64,000 nt of DNA from Kaistella sp. (GCF_041824135.1 NZ_JBGZYM010000084.1:102067-166066), one strand, 5' to 3'. Counted from the first letter of the stretch, positions 18,339 to 29,332 are shown. The notes: a model not told the origin generated them from the letters alone. Program-made: numbers and translations.

Positions 18339-19217
18339 ATGAAATTCCTGATCATCATTCCCACGCACAACGAAGAGAAGAATATTCTTTTCACTTTGAA
18401 ATCTCTGGATCAACAAAAATTTCAGGATTTTTTCTGTGTCGTTGTTAATGATGGTTCCACGGACAAAACCCAAGAAATTGTTGAAGAATTTATTAAAGAT
18501 AATTTAAAATTTAAAATTGAAAATTTAGCGGTATCAGCGCATGAACCCGGCGCAAAAGTAGTTCGGACTTTTAATCAAGGTTTAAATTCTGTAGATTTAA
18601 AAGAATTTGATATCATCTGTAAATTTGATGCAGATATTATTTTTCCATCAGATTATTTAAAGAAAGTTAATCAGGTTTACGAAACGCAACCAAAAGCCGG
18701 AATGGTTTCTGGAATTGTTAAAATAAAGAAATCCATTTTTGAGCAAGCCTTGATTTTTGATTTTAAAGACGAAAAGCACCAATGGAAATTTGAAAATATC
18801 TCGTCTAAAAACCATATTCGAGGACCTATAAAATCTTATCGAAAAGAATGCTTTTTAGACATGAACGGTTTGCGTCCGGTTTTAGGCTGGGATAATATCG
18901 ATGTCATGTTGGCGAAGAAAAATGGTTGGGAAACCGTTACTATTAAAGATTTATGGGTTAAACATTTGCGTCCGACTGCTTATCAGTATCAAAATCAAAA
19001 AGCCGAAAAACTGGGTGAATATTTTTATAATATCGGTTTGAATCTACCTTTGACCATGATTTCATCTGGAAAATCATCATTTAAGAATAAATCATTGGTA
19101 GAATTCTTTACGACCATGAAATCTTTTTTGAAACAAAAAGCAGAACGATCATTATCAACGGAAGAAATAAAATATATCCGTAATTTACGCTGGCAACAAA
19201 TGTTTAACAGGAATTAA
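18339..19217 (+). CDS. Glycosyltransferase family 2
   Basis: IIIPTHNEE, VNDGSTD and KFDAD (DxD) motifs. Confidence 0.92.
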   Translation: MKFLIIIPTHNEEKNILFTLKSLDQQKFQDFFCVVVNDGSTDKTQEIVEEFIKDNLKFKIENLAVSAHEPGAKVVRTFNQGLNSVDLKEFDIICKFDADIIFPSDYLKKVNQVYETQPKAGMVSGIVKIKKSIFEQALIFDFKDEKHQWKFENISSKNHIRGPIKSYRKECFLDMNGLRPVLGWDNIDVMLAKKNGWETVTIKDLWVKHLRPTAYQYQNQKAEKLGEYFYNIGLNLPLTMISSGKSSFKNKSLVEFFTTMKSFLKQKAERSLSTEEIKYIRNLRWQQMFNRN

Positions 19218-19225
19218 AAAGAAAC

Positions 19226-20923
19226 ATGAAAAAAATAATTTCCATTTTAATGGTTTTCTCAACGATCGTTTTATTTGCACAAAAAAACGCCGATCTCATT
19301 ATCACCAATGCAAAAATTTACACGGTCAATCAAAATTTTGATACGGCTGAATCGATGGTGATTTCAAACGGAAAAATTGTCGCGGTTGGAAAATCTGCGG
19401 ACATTCTTAAAAATTATAAATCTTCAAAAGTCCAAGATTTACAAGGAAAAACTGTTTTCCCTGGATTGATCGACGCGCATTGCCATTTCACGGGTTTTGC
19501 GACAGATAAATGGAAATGCGAATTGTGGGGAACAAAATCCTGGGATGAGATCATTGCCAGAATTTCGGAATACGCGAAGACGGCACCCAAAGAATGGTTG
19601 TACGGAAGAAGCTGGGATCAAAATGACTGGCCAGTTAAAGAATTTCCAAACAAAGAAAAATTGGATCAGCTCTTTCCGAACCGACCGGTTTATTTAAAAA
19701 GGATTGATGGTCACGCGGCAGTTGCGAATCAGAAAGCTTTGGATATTGCTGGAGTGACGAAAGATTCAAAAATATTGGGAGGAGAAATTGAGGTAAAAAA
19801 CGGAAAATTGACTGGAATTTTAGTGGATAATGCCATGTTATTGGTTGAAAAACATATTCCGGAAATTGAGGATAGTGAGGCAATTCAGTATTTTTCAGAT
19901 TTGCAGAAAGAGTGTTTTTCTTACGGATTAACTTCACTTCACGATTGTGGGATTACCGAAAGAACTTTAGATCGTTTAGAAAAGGCACAAACGCAAGGTC
20001 AATTGCAAATGAAGATTTTCGCTTTGCTGGAAGACAATCCGGATTATTATGACCGTTGGATCAAGAAGGGAAGATATACCAATAAAAATATTACAGTAGG
20101 TGGATTTAAAGTTTATTCAGATGGAGCGTTAGGTTCCAGAGGAGCTTGCCTTATCCACGATTATTCGGATAAAAAAGGCTGGAAAGGATTTCTTTTAAGT
20201 GAAAGAAAACATTTTGAAAGTTTAGCAAAAAAATTAAAAAACAGTGATCTTCAAATGTGTACACACGCCATTGGTGATTCTGCAAATAGAACAATTCTGC
20301 AAATTTATGGTGATATTTTAGGCGTAAAGAATGATCGAAGATGGAGAATTGAACACGCGCAAATTGTTGATAAAAACGATTTCGATCTGTTCGGAAAATA
20401 TTCAATTATTCCATCCGTACAACCGACTCATGCGACTTCCGACATGTATTGGGCGGAAGATCGCTTAGGAAAAGAACGTTTGAAGTATTCTTATGCTTAT
20501 GAAGATTTACTGAAACAAAATGGCTGGCTTCCTTTGGGAACAGATTTCCCGGTGGAAGAAATTAGCCCACTCAAAACTTTTTATTCTGCGGTAGCAAGAA
20601 AAGATTCTAAGCATTATCCTGCTGAGGGATTTCAAAAAGAAAATGCTTTAACGAGAGAGCAAGCGATTCGGGGAATGACGATATGGGCAGCAAAAGCCGC
20701 CTTTCAGGAAAATGAGATCGGGAGTTTAGAACCGGGAAAATCGGCGGACTTTATTATTGTTGATCAGGATCTAATGACTGTTCCAGAAGTGAAAATTTTA
20801 GAAACGAAAGTTTTGGAAACGTATAGCAACGGAAAAAAAGTGTTCTTTAACAAGGAGTATAATGATGATTTAGCTAAGAAATTATCAGGTAGAACAACTC
20901 ACGGAATATCATCTTCTAAATAA
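19226..20923 (+). CDS. Amidohydrolase family 3 (YtcJ-like), secreted
   Basis: Signal peptide, PGLIDAHCH, HAIGD, RIEHAQ, GTDFP and G.LEPGKSADF. Confidence 0.92.
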   Translation: MKKIISILMVFSTIVLFAQKNADLIITNAKIYTVNQNFDTAESMVISNGKIVAVGKSADILKNYKSSKVQDLQGKTVFPGLIDAHCHFTGFATDKWKCELWGTKSWDEIIARISEYAKTAPKEWLYGRSWDQNDWPVKEFPNKEKLDQLFPNRPVYLKRIDGHAAVANQKALDIAGVTKDSKILGGEIEVKNGKLTGILVDNAMLLVEKHIPEIEDSEAIQYFSDLQKECFSYGLTSLHDCGITERTLDRLEKAQTQGQLQMKIFALLEDNPDYYDRWIKKGRYTNKNITVGGFKVYSDGALGSRGACLIHDYSDKKGWKGFLLSERKHFESLAKKLKNSDLQMCTHAIGDSANRTILQIYGDILGVKNDRRWRIEHAQIVDKNDFDLFGKYSIIPSVQPTHATSDMYWAEDRLGKERLKYSYAYEDLLKQNGWLPLGTDFPVEEISPLKTFYSAVARKDSKHYPAEGFQKENALTREQAIRGMTIWAAKAAFQENEIGSLEPGKSADFIIVDQDLMTVPEVKILETKVLETYSNGKKVFFNKEYNDDLAKKLSGRTTHGISSSK

Positions 20924-20953
20924 TTCCCGAATTCTTTACCCTTAAACTTAATC

Positions 20954-22012
20954 TTGAAAAAAATCGCTTACATAGAACTTGATACTCATGCAGAAATTGC
21001 AGATAATTTTATGGAATTAATGGCTGATTCTAAAGAGTTTGAAGTCGATTATTATTTCGTAGAAAGGATTATCAAAAGAATTGGGAAGAATCATTCCAAT
21101 ATTCACTTAAGTGAAAGTACGGAGCTTTTAAACCAATTAAATGACCAAAAATATGATCTGGTCATCATCGGAACGGCGCATCGGTATTTTAATTTATTTA
21201 ATGAGATCACCAAGAAATTTAATACTTCGGTTATCGTTCATAATCTAAATTTTACAAGAATTTCTCGGTTTCAACTTTTTAGAAATATCTTTAAGAAAGA
21301 CTTTAAGTATCGGTTGAAATTATGGTTAAAAGAAGATCTGCTTGCTGCTCCTGAAGTTTTTACCAAAGCTAAAAATCTTTTGGTTTTAGATAAAGGTTTA
21401 GCAAAAGGCCGTTTGAAATATTTACCTGTTTTCTATAATCAATTTCAAGACAGTAATCAATCAGAAATTTTCACGATAGTTATTCCTGGTGCAGTTTCAC
21501 AGCAGAGGAGAGATTATAAAAAAGTGCTTCAGGAACTAACGAAGCTGAATCTCGATCAAGGTCAATCTCAAAAATCTTTTAGAATCGTTTTTCTCGGAAA
21601 AGCACAGGGGAAAGAACTTCAATGGTTGAAAGATTTTGACAACGAAGAAGCTGAAAATATTTCAATTCAATATTTTACTGAAAAAGTTTCACAGTCTCTA
21701 TTCGATGAATGGATGAACAAAGCCGACGTTTTATGGTGTCCGATTCAAAGTGAAACCGAATTCTTTAGCCATAAAGAAATCTATGGAAAAACCAAAATGA
21801 GCGGAAATATTGGTGATGCCATTAAATACGGAAAGATGGCTTTCTTTCCCGAGAATTATCGATCAGATTTTGAGTTTGTCATTAATGAGAAAGTAAATTC
21901 CGGTGGTGAAGTTTTTGACTTTGAACCTGAAAATTCTTATGATTTTCAAAAAGAATTCAACAAAAATAAAATTCTGGCTGATCTTGAAAAACTTTTGGAA
22001 TCTCATCTTTAA
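20954..22012 (+). CDS. Hypothetical protein, possibly glycosyltransferase-like
   Basis: 352-aa ORF with TTG start, next to a GT2 and a flippase; no definitive motif. Confidence 0.6.
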   Translation: MKKIAYIELDTHAEIADNFMELMADSKEFEVDYYFVERIIKRIGKNHSNIHLSESTELLNQLNDQKYDLVIIGTAHRYFNLFNEITKKFNTSVIVHNLNFTRISRFQLFRNIFKKDFKYRLKLWLKEDLLAAPEVFTKAKNLLVLDKGLAKGRLKYLPVFYNQFQDSNQSEIFTIVIPGAVSQQRRDYKKVLQELTKLNLDQGQSQKSFRIVFLGKAQGKELQWLKDFDNEEAENISIQYFTEKVSQSLFDEWMNKADVLWCPIQSETEFFSHKEIYGKTKMSGNIGDAIKYGKMAFFPENYRSDFEFVINEKVNSGGEVFDFEPENSYDFQKEFNKNKILADLEKLLESHL

Positions 22013-23487
22013 AATTTGAATAGACTTTTAAAAAACTTCTTGTTCAGATATTCTTCCAATGGAAAGATCTTCATCACGTGATTCGCTCCAAAAATAACAA
22101 GTAGCACAAAAGCTGGTTTGTAGGTAAGATTGAGTAGATTGCTTTTCGTTTCGGGCAGCATGATCGCGATGTTAATGGCTAAAGTGCAGATAATCAAAAC
22201 ATACATCATCTCGATGGTTAGCGGGAAAACTTTGAACTTCACATAATTAAAGTAAATTTTGATCATGTTGAATAAAGTGAGCGAGATTGCTGTAGCCATT
22301 GCAATTCCGATAATTCCGAATTGAGTTTTGGTAAGGAAAAGATAATTGAGACCAATCGTTGTAACTGCCAGAAATAACATGACAACAATATTAAATCGGT
22401 AATGTTTGGACAGCGAAATGATATGTCCGTTGAAACCGGTTGCCAAGTCGAATATCATGGCGAAACCTAAAATCCAGACAACAGGTTCGGCTTGTCGCAA
22501 TTGTTCGCCGTTTTTGATGAGATTACTGAGGTACGGAAATCCAACCAAAATACATGAAAACAAAATTGAACCCAGAAAAAACAAGGTCAAAGATGTTTTC
22601 TTATGGAAACGGTCGAGTTCATCAAATTCTCCTTCCGCAATGGTTTTATTGATCATCGGTGCCGATATATTATAAAGCCCCATTTGCGGAATTAAGATGA
22701 AAGACAGAATCGATAAAATAATACTGTAAACTCCATTTTCCTCGAAATTCAGAAATTCTCCGATCATAAAATTATCAACCCGGAAGGCGATGTAATTTCC
22801 GATGTTCCCTAAAAATCCGTAAAAACTATAGTTCAGAATTTCCTTCCAGAGATTATCTTTTCTGACGTAATCGGTATTAAAGTCCGGCGTTATTTTTTCC
22901 AGTTTATTGGCATAAAAAAAATATCCCAAAAGTGATAATAGAAACATTCCTAAGAAAAATCCGTACGAGCCTTTTTCCGTAACTCCTAAAAAGAAAAATA
23001 AAGTGAAAGCTCCTACATTGGCAATTTTCGGAAAGAGATTTTCGAAAATATTCGGTACCGCGATTCGCTTAAAGTTGGTGATGTATTTATTAAAGACCGC
23101 CGATAAAGCCATTACTAAAATAAGAGGCAAAATTAAAAGTTTCATTTTCCATAACTGTAAACTTTTAAATTCTGGGAAAAAATGAAAGAAACCGAAAAAT
23201 AAAACCGAGAAAATAATGAAATTCAGAACGATGCCTCCTAAAGAAAGGGATAATAAATTTTGATGTTTACCGTCTTTCTGTGTTTGATGAAAAAATTTCA
23301 CGGTCGAAAAAGAAAGTCCAAAAACTACGATAGGTAAAAGCATTTCTGCGGTTGGCATGATGTAGCGCAACTTTCCGTAAAACTCCATGTCGTACGGGAA
23401 AATAAAAATCGCAGAAATAGTTCCGAGTAAAAAACCGAAATATCCGATTAAGGAATATTTAAAACCCTGACGTGCAATGACACTCAT
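22009..23487 (-). CDS. Polysaccharide flippase (Wzx/MOP-family)
   Basis: About 14 hydrophobic segments, MSVIARQGFKYSLIGY start and GIIGIAMAT motif. Confidence 0.85.
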   Translation of the reverse strand: MSVIARQGFKYSLIGYFGFLLGTISAIFIFPYDMEFYGKLRYIMPTAEMLLPIVVFGLSFSTVKFFHQTQKDGKHQNLLSLSLGGIVLNFIIFSVLFFGFFHFFPEFKSLQLWKMKLLILPLILVMALSAVFNKYITNFKRIAVPNIFENLFPKIANVGAFTLFFFLGVTEKGSYGFFLGMFLLSLLGYFFYANKLEKITPDFNTDYVRKDNLWKEILNYSFYGFLGNIGNYIAFRVDNFMIGEFLNFEENGVYSIILSILSFILIPQMGLYNISAPMINKTIAEGEFDELDRFHKKTSLTLFFLGSILFSCILVGFPYLSNLIKNGEQLRQAEPVVWILGFAMIFDLATGFNGHIISLSKHYRFNIVVMLFLAVTTIGLNYLFLTKTQFGIIGIAMATAISLTLFNMIKIYFNYVKFKVFPLTIEMMYVLIICTLAINIAIMLPETKSNLLNLTYKPAFVLLVIFGANHVMKIFPLEEYLNKKFFKSLFKF

Positions 23488-23774
23488 TGATTATTGGTTT
23501 TACGGGTTTTTAGGTATTGGTTGAATATGAAATTTCGCACCATATTTTTTACGGGAAATAGTTTTTAAATAAAATTCTGGAGTAAATTTTTAAATCATCA
23601 AGCGTTTTTTCAAATTCAAGAAAACAAAGATAGTAAAATATGTTAAATAAATGTTAAAATTATTAAAGAGTAAGAAATGATTAGAAGGTCACCTCGTTTT
23701 GTTTTAAATTTAACAATTGAAGAAAAAATTGCTTAAAATTCATTGAACTGCAATTTCTCATTTTATTAAAAAGT

Positions 23775-25415
23775 ATGAAAAAAGTTCTTATTCTCCTCGG
23801 TTTTAGTTTATTGACCGCTTGTAGTTCCGTTAAAAACAGTCAGGAAAAACCATTCCTGTGGGAAGGAGCAAATGTTTATTTTCTGTTAACAGATCGGTTC
23901 AAAAATGGAGATGCGACTAATGATCTCAATTTTGATAGAACAGAAAAAGCCGCTGTTCTACGTGGTTTTGAAGGCGGAGATCTGAGAGGGATTATTCAAA
24001 AAATAGACGATAATTATTTTTCTGATCTAGGAATTAATGCGATCTGGATGACGCCAGTTGTAGAGCAGATTCACGGCGCAACGAATGAAGGAACCGGCAA
24101 TACATACGGTTTTCATGGCTATTGGACTAAAGACTGGACGGAACTCGATCCTAATTTTGGCACAAAAAACGATTTGAAAGAATTGGTGGAAAAGGCCCAC
24201 AAAAAAGGAATACGAATTGTTCTGGATGCCGTGATTAATCACACAGGACCTGTTACCGAAAAGGATGCTGTTTATCCAAATTCTTGGGTAAGAACTTCGC
24301 CCACTTGTAATTACCAGAATTACGAAAATACAACCGCTTGTACATTGGTCGCAAATCTTCCGGATATTTTAACAGAATCTAATCAACCTGCCGAATTGCC
24401 GCAGATGCTGGTTGAAAAATGGAAGAAGGAAGGGAAATATGAAGCTGAAATGAAATCTTTAGAAGCGTTTTTTGCCCGAACAGGATATCCAAAAGCGCCA
24501 AAGTATTATATTATGAAATGGCTGGCCGATTATGTGGAGGAATATGGGATTGACGGTTATCGAGTTGATACCGTAAAACATACCAACGAAGATGTCTGGA
24601 AAGATTTTCAGCAGGTTTGTCAGGGATCGTTTGATATTTACAAAAGAAAAAATCCTTCTAAAGTTCTTGATAACAATCTCTTTTTTACCGTTGGGGAAGT
24701 TTATGGCTACGGAATCTCTCAAAAACAGGATTATAATTTCGGTGATAAAAAGGTCAATTATTATCAAAATGGCTTTAAGTCATTGATTAATTTTGACTTT
24801 AAAGGTGATGCGAATAAACCGTATGAAGAGTTATTTTCAAACTATTCAAATCTGTTGCATTCTGATTTAAACGGAAAAACGGTAATGAATTATCTGACGT
24901 CGCATGATGATGGATCTCCATTTGATAAAGACCGAAAAAGAACGTACGAAGCGGGAACAAAATTACTTTTGGCGCCAGGAATTTCACAGGTCTATTATGG
25001 AGATGAAACCGCCAGAACCTTGACCGTCGCTGGAGCAGATGGTGATGCCAATCTTCGTTCTAACATGAATTGGAATGACGTTGAAAATAATTCAGCGACG
25101 CAAAAATTAGCAAAACATTATCAGAAATTAGGAAAATTCAGAGCGAACCATCCTGCGGTCGGAGCGGGCGTTCATCAAATGATTTCTAACCAACCTTATT
25201 ACTTTTCCAGAATCTTAACCAAAGGCCAATTTACAGATAAAGTAATCATTGGACTTGATGTAAAAGAACAATTAAAAGAAGTGAATGTAGCTGGAGTTTT
25301 TGCAGAGGGAACTCAATTAAGAGATTTTTATTCTGGTGCGTCAATGTCCGTTATTAATGGGAAAGTTTCTTTCTCTTCCAATTCGCCAATCATTTTATTA
25401 GAAAAAATAAACTAA
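23775..25415 (+). CDS. Alpha-amylase family (GH13) lipoprotein
   Basis: Lipobox LTAC; GH13 regions DAVINH, GYRVDTVKH, GEVY and SHDD. Confidence 0.92.
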   Translation: MKKVLILLGFSLLTACSSVKNSQEKPFLWEGANVYFLLTDRFKNGDATNDLNFDRTEKAAVLRGFEGGDLRGIIQKIDDNYFSDLGINAIWMTPVVEQIHGATNEGTGNTYGFHGYWTKDWTELDPNFGTKNDLKELVEKAHKKGIRIVLDAVINHTGPVTEKDAVYPNSWVRTSPTCNYQNYENTTACTLVANLPDILTESNQPAELPQMLVEKWKKEGKYEAEMKSLEAFFARTGYPKAPKYYIMKWLADYVEEYGIDGYRVDTVKHTNEDVWKDFQQVCQGSFDIYKRKNPSKVLDNNLFFTVGEVYGYGISQKQDYNFGDKKVNYYQNGFKSLINFDFKGDANKPYEELFSNYSNLLHSDLNGKTVMNYLTSHDDGSPFDKDRKRTYEAGTKLLLAPGISQVYYGDETARTLTVAGADGDANLRSNMNWNDVENNSATQKLAKHYQKLGKFRANHPAVGAGVHQMISNQPYYFSRILTKGQFTDKVIIGLDVKEQLKEVNVAGVFAEGTQLRDFYSGASMSVINGKVSFSSNSPIILLEKIN

Positions 25416-25425
25416 AAACACAACC

Positions 25426-25953
25426 ATGAAAAAACTAATTCAACTCGCATTATGCTCGATTTCGTTGCTGGCTTTTGCGCAAAAAGCTCCGGAAATCAAC
25501 AAAACCGAATTTTCAAAAGAGGCTTTAAGTCAAAAAGTAATGTCGCTTGAAGGAAAGAAAACTTCCATCGCTGATGTCTTGAAAAAGCATGAAGGGAGAA
25601 TCCTCATTATTGATTTCTGGGCAAGCTGGTGCCAGGATTGTATTCTCGCTTTGCCCGCAGCGAAGAAGCTTCAGGAGAATAATCCAGAGCTGGATTTCGT
25701 GTACTTTTCTTTAGACCGTTCGCATGCTCAGTGGAAAAAAGGTCTGGATAAATACCAAATTACGGATCAGGAAAATTACTGGTTTGATGAAGGTTGGAAA
25801 AATGATTTCAATAATTACATCGATCTGAATTGGGTGCCACGATTTATGGTGGTTGGCCAAACCGGAAAAATCGCTAAATATTACGCCATTCATCCAAATG
25901 ATCCCGATATTCAGAAAACGATTTTTGCACTTTTAAGAAACGATGAAGACTAA
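25426..25953 (+). CDS. TlpA-like thioredoxin-fold protein
   Basis: Signal peptide, DFWASWCQDC (CxxC) and WVPRF. Confidence 0.88.
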   Translation: MKKLIQLALCSISLLAFAQKAPEINKTEFSKEALSQKVMSLEGKKTSIADVLKKHEGRILIIDFWASWCQDCILALPAAKKLQENNPELDFVYFSLDRSHAQWKKGLDKYQITDQENYWFDEGWKNDFNNYIDLNWVPRFMVVGQTGKIAKYYAIHPNDPDIQKTIFALLRNDED

Positions 25954-26159
25954 AACTTTCCTTTTCGCTTCTTCTTAAAAACATATTGGGACAGATTCGC
26001 TGGACTTTTTAAAAATTTATACTTTTTGATATCTTCATTAAAGGAGCAATGTTCTTCTTACAAAGGATTCTACTTTTAGTAGATATCAATTTGCTTGAAA
26101 ATTATATTCTATCAATGTTTCAAATTAAAAGTTGTGTTCGACTAATCGAGTTTTTAAAA

Positions 26160-26825
26160 TTAAAGAAAAGGCAACTCTAAAAAGTCATTCAGCGGTTTAA
26201 TGCTCTTTAGTATTTTAGCGAAATTTTTAGCTGCTTGCGGATCCAATAAAGCTTCATCAGAAATGGGGTGACTCACGGTAAAGCTTTTCAGTTTCAGATA
26301 TTCTGCCATCGGATGGTCTTTTTCAAAACCAGCTGGCACTCTTTGTAATTTGTGTTCTATGCTTAATCCACGGAAATTATTTCGGAAATCTTTATGTTTG
26401 ATGATCTTTAATAAATCGTCGCCGCTTGCTCTAATTTCATTTCGTATTTGTTTTAAAACGGCAGGTTCCGGATTGTAAACGCCGCCCGCCAAAAATGATT
26501 TTCCGGGTTCAATGTGCAAATAATATCCCGAAATTTTAGCACCTTTTCCCATGCCTAAACTGGCGCCGAAATGAATTTTATAGGGAATTTTATTTTTAGA
26601 AAAACGAACGTCACGGTAAATTCTAAAGACGGCTTTCTTCGGATCAATCTTCAGAATTTCCTCATCAAATGGGGCGATCTCCTGGATCAAACTTTCAACA
26701 AATAATTCTACGTCTTCCTTCGCTTCCAAATAAAGATTCTTATTTTCATTGAACCACTCGCGGTTGTTATTCTTTTCTAAAGTATTCAGAAATTGTAGGG
26801 TAGAGGTGGAGATATTGTTTTTCAT
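26160..26825 (-). CDS. DUF2461 family protein
   Basis: NNNREWFNENK, FRIYRDVRFSKNK.PYK and GYYLHIEPG; ATG at 26825 preferred. Confidence 0.88.
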   Translation of the reverse strand: MKNNISTSTLQFLNTLEKNNNREWFNENKNLYLEAKEDVELFVESLIQEIAPFDEEILKIDPKKAVFRIYRDVRFSKNKIPYKIHFGASLGMGKGAKISGYYLHIEPGKSFLAGGVYNPEPAVLKQIRNEIRASGDDLLKIIKHKDFRNNFRGLSIEHKLQRVPAGFEKDHPMAEYLKLKSFTVSHPISDEALLDPQAAKNFAKILKSIKPLNDFLELPFL

Positions 26826-27096
26826 TACTTGTAAATTAAACTCAAATTTAATCAAATTTAATTTTTAAAAAGAAGTAGTTATCGGATTAATCAAAAGCTT
26901 TGGCGGTATTTTTCAGCACTTCGTTTCTTTTAATAATGAAATTAAACTACTGCAATAGAAGATTTCAGGTAGAGTCAATTTTAATTTATTTTTAAAAAAC
27001 ACCTGTATTATAGTTTTAATCGCCCCTAAAACGCGATTGGCTATTATTAACAATAATTTAATAAACCATCGATATAATTATGATAAATAAAAAACG

Positions 27097-27104
27097 TATC
27101 TTTG
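27097..27104 (+). promoter_or_regulatory. -7 promoter box upstream of the DEAD-box helicase
   Basis: tatctttg matches TAnnTTTG. Confidence 0.6.
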
Positions 27105-27130
27105 CACCCAATTTATAGACGATCTTTTAC

Positions 27131-28951
27131 ATGAATTTATTTACGGAGACCAATCTAAGTCCTGAAGTTTTGAAGGCAATTGGCGAAATGGGCTTTGTTA
27201 GTCCAACAGAAATCCAAAAACAGACTATTCCTTTTATCTCTACAGATACACGCGATCTAATCGCACTTGCGCAGACGGGAACAGGCAAAACAGCAGCGTT
27301 TACGCTTCCGATTTTGGATATGATTGACGACGGGAGTCGCAAAATCCAATTATTGGTGCTTTGTCCAACCAGAGAACTTTGTTTGCAAATTACCAAAGAC
27401 ATTACTAATTATTCGAAATACTTAAAAAACATCAAAACTACAGCGGTTTATGGTGGTAGCAGTATTACTGATCAAATCAGATCTCTTCGCGAGAAACCAC
27501 AGATTATTGTGGGAACTCCAGGTAGAGTTATTGACCTGATCAACAGAAAAGCCCTTGATTTCTCAGAAATTCAATGGTTAATTCTTGATGAAGCTGATGA
27601 AATGTTATCAATGGGTTTCAAAGAAGATTTGGCAACAATTCTACGTGAAACTCCTGATACAAAACAAACTCTTTTATTCTCGGCAACGATGAATAAAGAA
27701 GTTGAACGTATTTCTAAAAACTATTTGACGAATCCACACCGTATTGCGGTTGGATCGATCAATGAAGTGAAGAAAAATATCAAACACGAATATTACGTGG
27801 TTGGATACAGAAACAAAAAAGAAGCTTTGAAAAGATTGATCGATGCAAATCCAAATCAATATTCAATTCTTTTCTGCAGAACCCGTATGGAAACTCAGGA
27901 AGTCGCTGACTTTTTGATGCAGAATGGGTATGCTGCAGATGCACTTCATGGTGATTTGTCTCAGGCACAGCGTGATACGGTAATGAAAAAATTCCGTTTG
28001 AAAAACATCGATATTTTAGTTGCGACTGATGTTGCGGCAAGAGGTTTAGATGTTGATTCATTAACGCACGTTATTCACTTCTCTTTACCAGATGATCCAG
28101 AAGTTTTTGTTCACCGTAGTGGTAGAACTGGACGTGCTGGGAAAGATGGAATCTCGATCTCTTTAATTAAACCTGAAGAATCAAGAAAACTGAAGCAGAT
28201 CAAATCGGTAACGAAAATTGATATTGTTGAGAAGAAAATTCCAACAGGTAAAACAATTATCGAAGCGCAGGTTGCTGGCGTTTTCGAAAAATTATTTACA
28301 GAGCACGAAAATTTGGTGGAATTCGGTGACGAATTAATTCCAGATCTATCTGCTTTTACCAAAGAAGAGTTGGTTCACCAAATGTTACAGTTGCAATTGA
28401 GAGACATGGCGCTTTATTACAAAGATAAAGACGATTTGGTTGATCAGAAATTCAGCGATGATAGAGGTGGAAACGATCGAGGCAGAGACAGAGATCGCGG
28501 TAGAGACCGTGATGGAAGAGGAAGAGATCGTGATAGAGGCGACAGAAGAGATAGCGGAAACAGAGATGGTGGAAACAGATTCGGTAATAACCGTGACGGT
28601 GGAAGCAGAGATTTCGGACGTGACCGTGATGGTGGAAACCGTGATTCTAGAGATAGAGATGGTGGAAACAGAGGGGAATCTAGAGATAGAAAGCCAAGAA
28701 AAAATAGTGAAGACATGGTTCGGTTCTTCTTTAACTTAGGAAAAAGAGACAATTTGAAAAAAATTGACATGTTGGAAATTATTAACAAGTCTACTGAAAA
28801 ATCAAGAAAAAGACCAGATATTGGGAATATCGAGATTTTAGAAAAATTCTCTTTCTTTGAAGTAGAAAAATCATTTAAAGACGAAGTTCTTAAAGGATTA
28901 GAAACTCAGAAATTTAAAGGAAAAGATATGAGAGCTGAAGAATCTAACTAA
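27131..28951 (+). CDS. DEAD-box RNA helicase (DeaD/CsdA-like) with R/D/G-rich linker and DbpA-type C-terminal domain
   Basis: AQTGTGKT, PTREL, DEAD, SAT, ARGLD and HRSGRTGR; C-terminal VRFFFNLGK..IG.IEILEKFSFFEV. Confidence 0.95.
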   Translation: MNLFTETNLSPEVLKAIGEMGFVSPTEIQKQTIPFISTDTRDLIALAQTGTGKTAAFTLPILDMIDDGSRKIQLLVLCPTRELCLQITKDITNYSKYLKNIKTTAVYGGSSITDQIRSLREKPQIIVGTPGRVIDLINRKALDFSEIQWLILDEADEMLSMGFKEDLATILRETPDTKQTLLFSATMNKEVERISKNYLTNPHRIAVGSINEVKKNIKHEYYVVGYRNKKEALKRLIDANPNQYSILFCRTRMETQEVADFLMQNGYAADALHGDLSQAQRDTVMKKFRLKNIDILVATDVAARGLDVDSLTHVIHFSLPDDPEVFVHRSGRTGRAGKDGISISLIKPEESRKLKQIKSVTKIDIVEKKIPTGKTIIEAQVAGVFEKLFTEHENLVEFGDELIPDLSAFTKEELVHQMLQLQLRDMALYYKDKDDLVDQKFSDDRGGNDRGRDRDRGRDRDGRGRDRDRGDRRDSGNRDGGNRFGNNRDGGSRDFGRDRDGGNRDSRDRDGGNRGESRDRKPRKNSEDMVRFFFNLGKRDNLKKIDMLEIINKSTEKSRKRPDIGNIEILEKFSFFEVEKSFKDEVLKGLETQKFKGKDMRAEESN

Positions 28952-28979
28952 TTTTTCAATCTTGTAATCGATTATACAC

Positions 28980-29010
28980 AAGTCTCACTTTTTAGTGGGA
29001 CTTTTTTTTT
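28980..29010 (+). terminator. Intrinsic terminator after the helicase
   Basis: aagtctcact / agtgggactt stem plus T-tract. Confidence 0.85.
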
Positions 29011-29119
29011 GTTCGTAAACTTTTTGTGTTAACAATTTTCATAAGACGTAGATCGTTAATTTTAAAGGAGATAAAATGATGAATTCAATATTTTGTATAA
29101 CTTTGTTAAAAATGAGGAC

Positions 29120-29332
29120 ATGGAAAATCTTATCGTAATTCCGGAAAATGAAAAACAACTTTTATTAGTGAAGAAATTATTGCAGGAAATGAAAATAAAA
29201 TTTAAAATTGAAAAATCGTACAAAAAAAGTTTTCAAGACGATCTGTCTTTGAAAATTCAAAAAGCGCGTGAAGAAAAGGAAAATGGAGAATTGATTACCG
29301 TAGACCCACGTCAGCTATGGGAAAATATATAA
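29120..29332 (+). CDS. Putative antitoxin (DUF2683-like)
   Basis: 70-aa ORF overlapping a YoeB-type gene; taactttg promoter box at 29098-29105 favours the ATG at 29120. Confidence 0.75.
   Translation: MENLIVIPENEKQLLLVKKLLQEMKIKFKIEKSYKKSFQDDLSLKIQKAREEKENGELITVDPRQLWENI

Noticed and set aside
28440-28788. Overlapping alternative-frame and antisense ORFs (28440-28739 +, 28444-28788 -)
   Set aside because: By-products of the low-complexity helicase linker.
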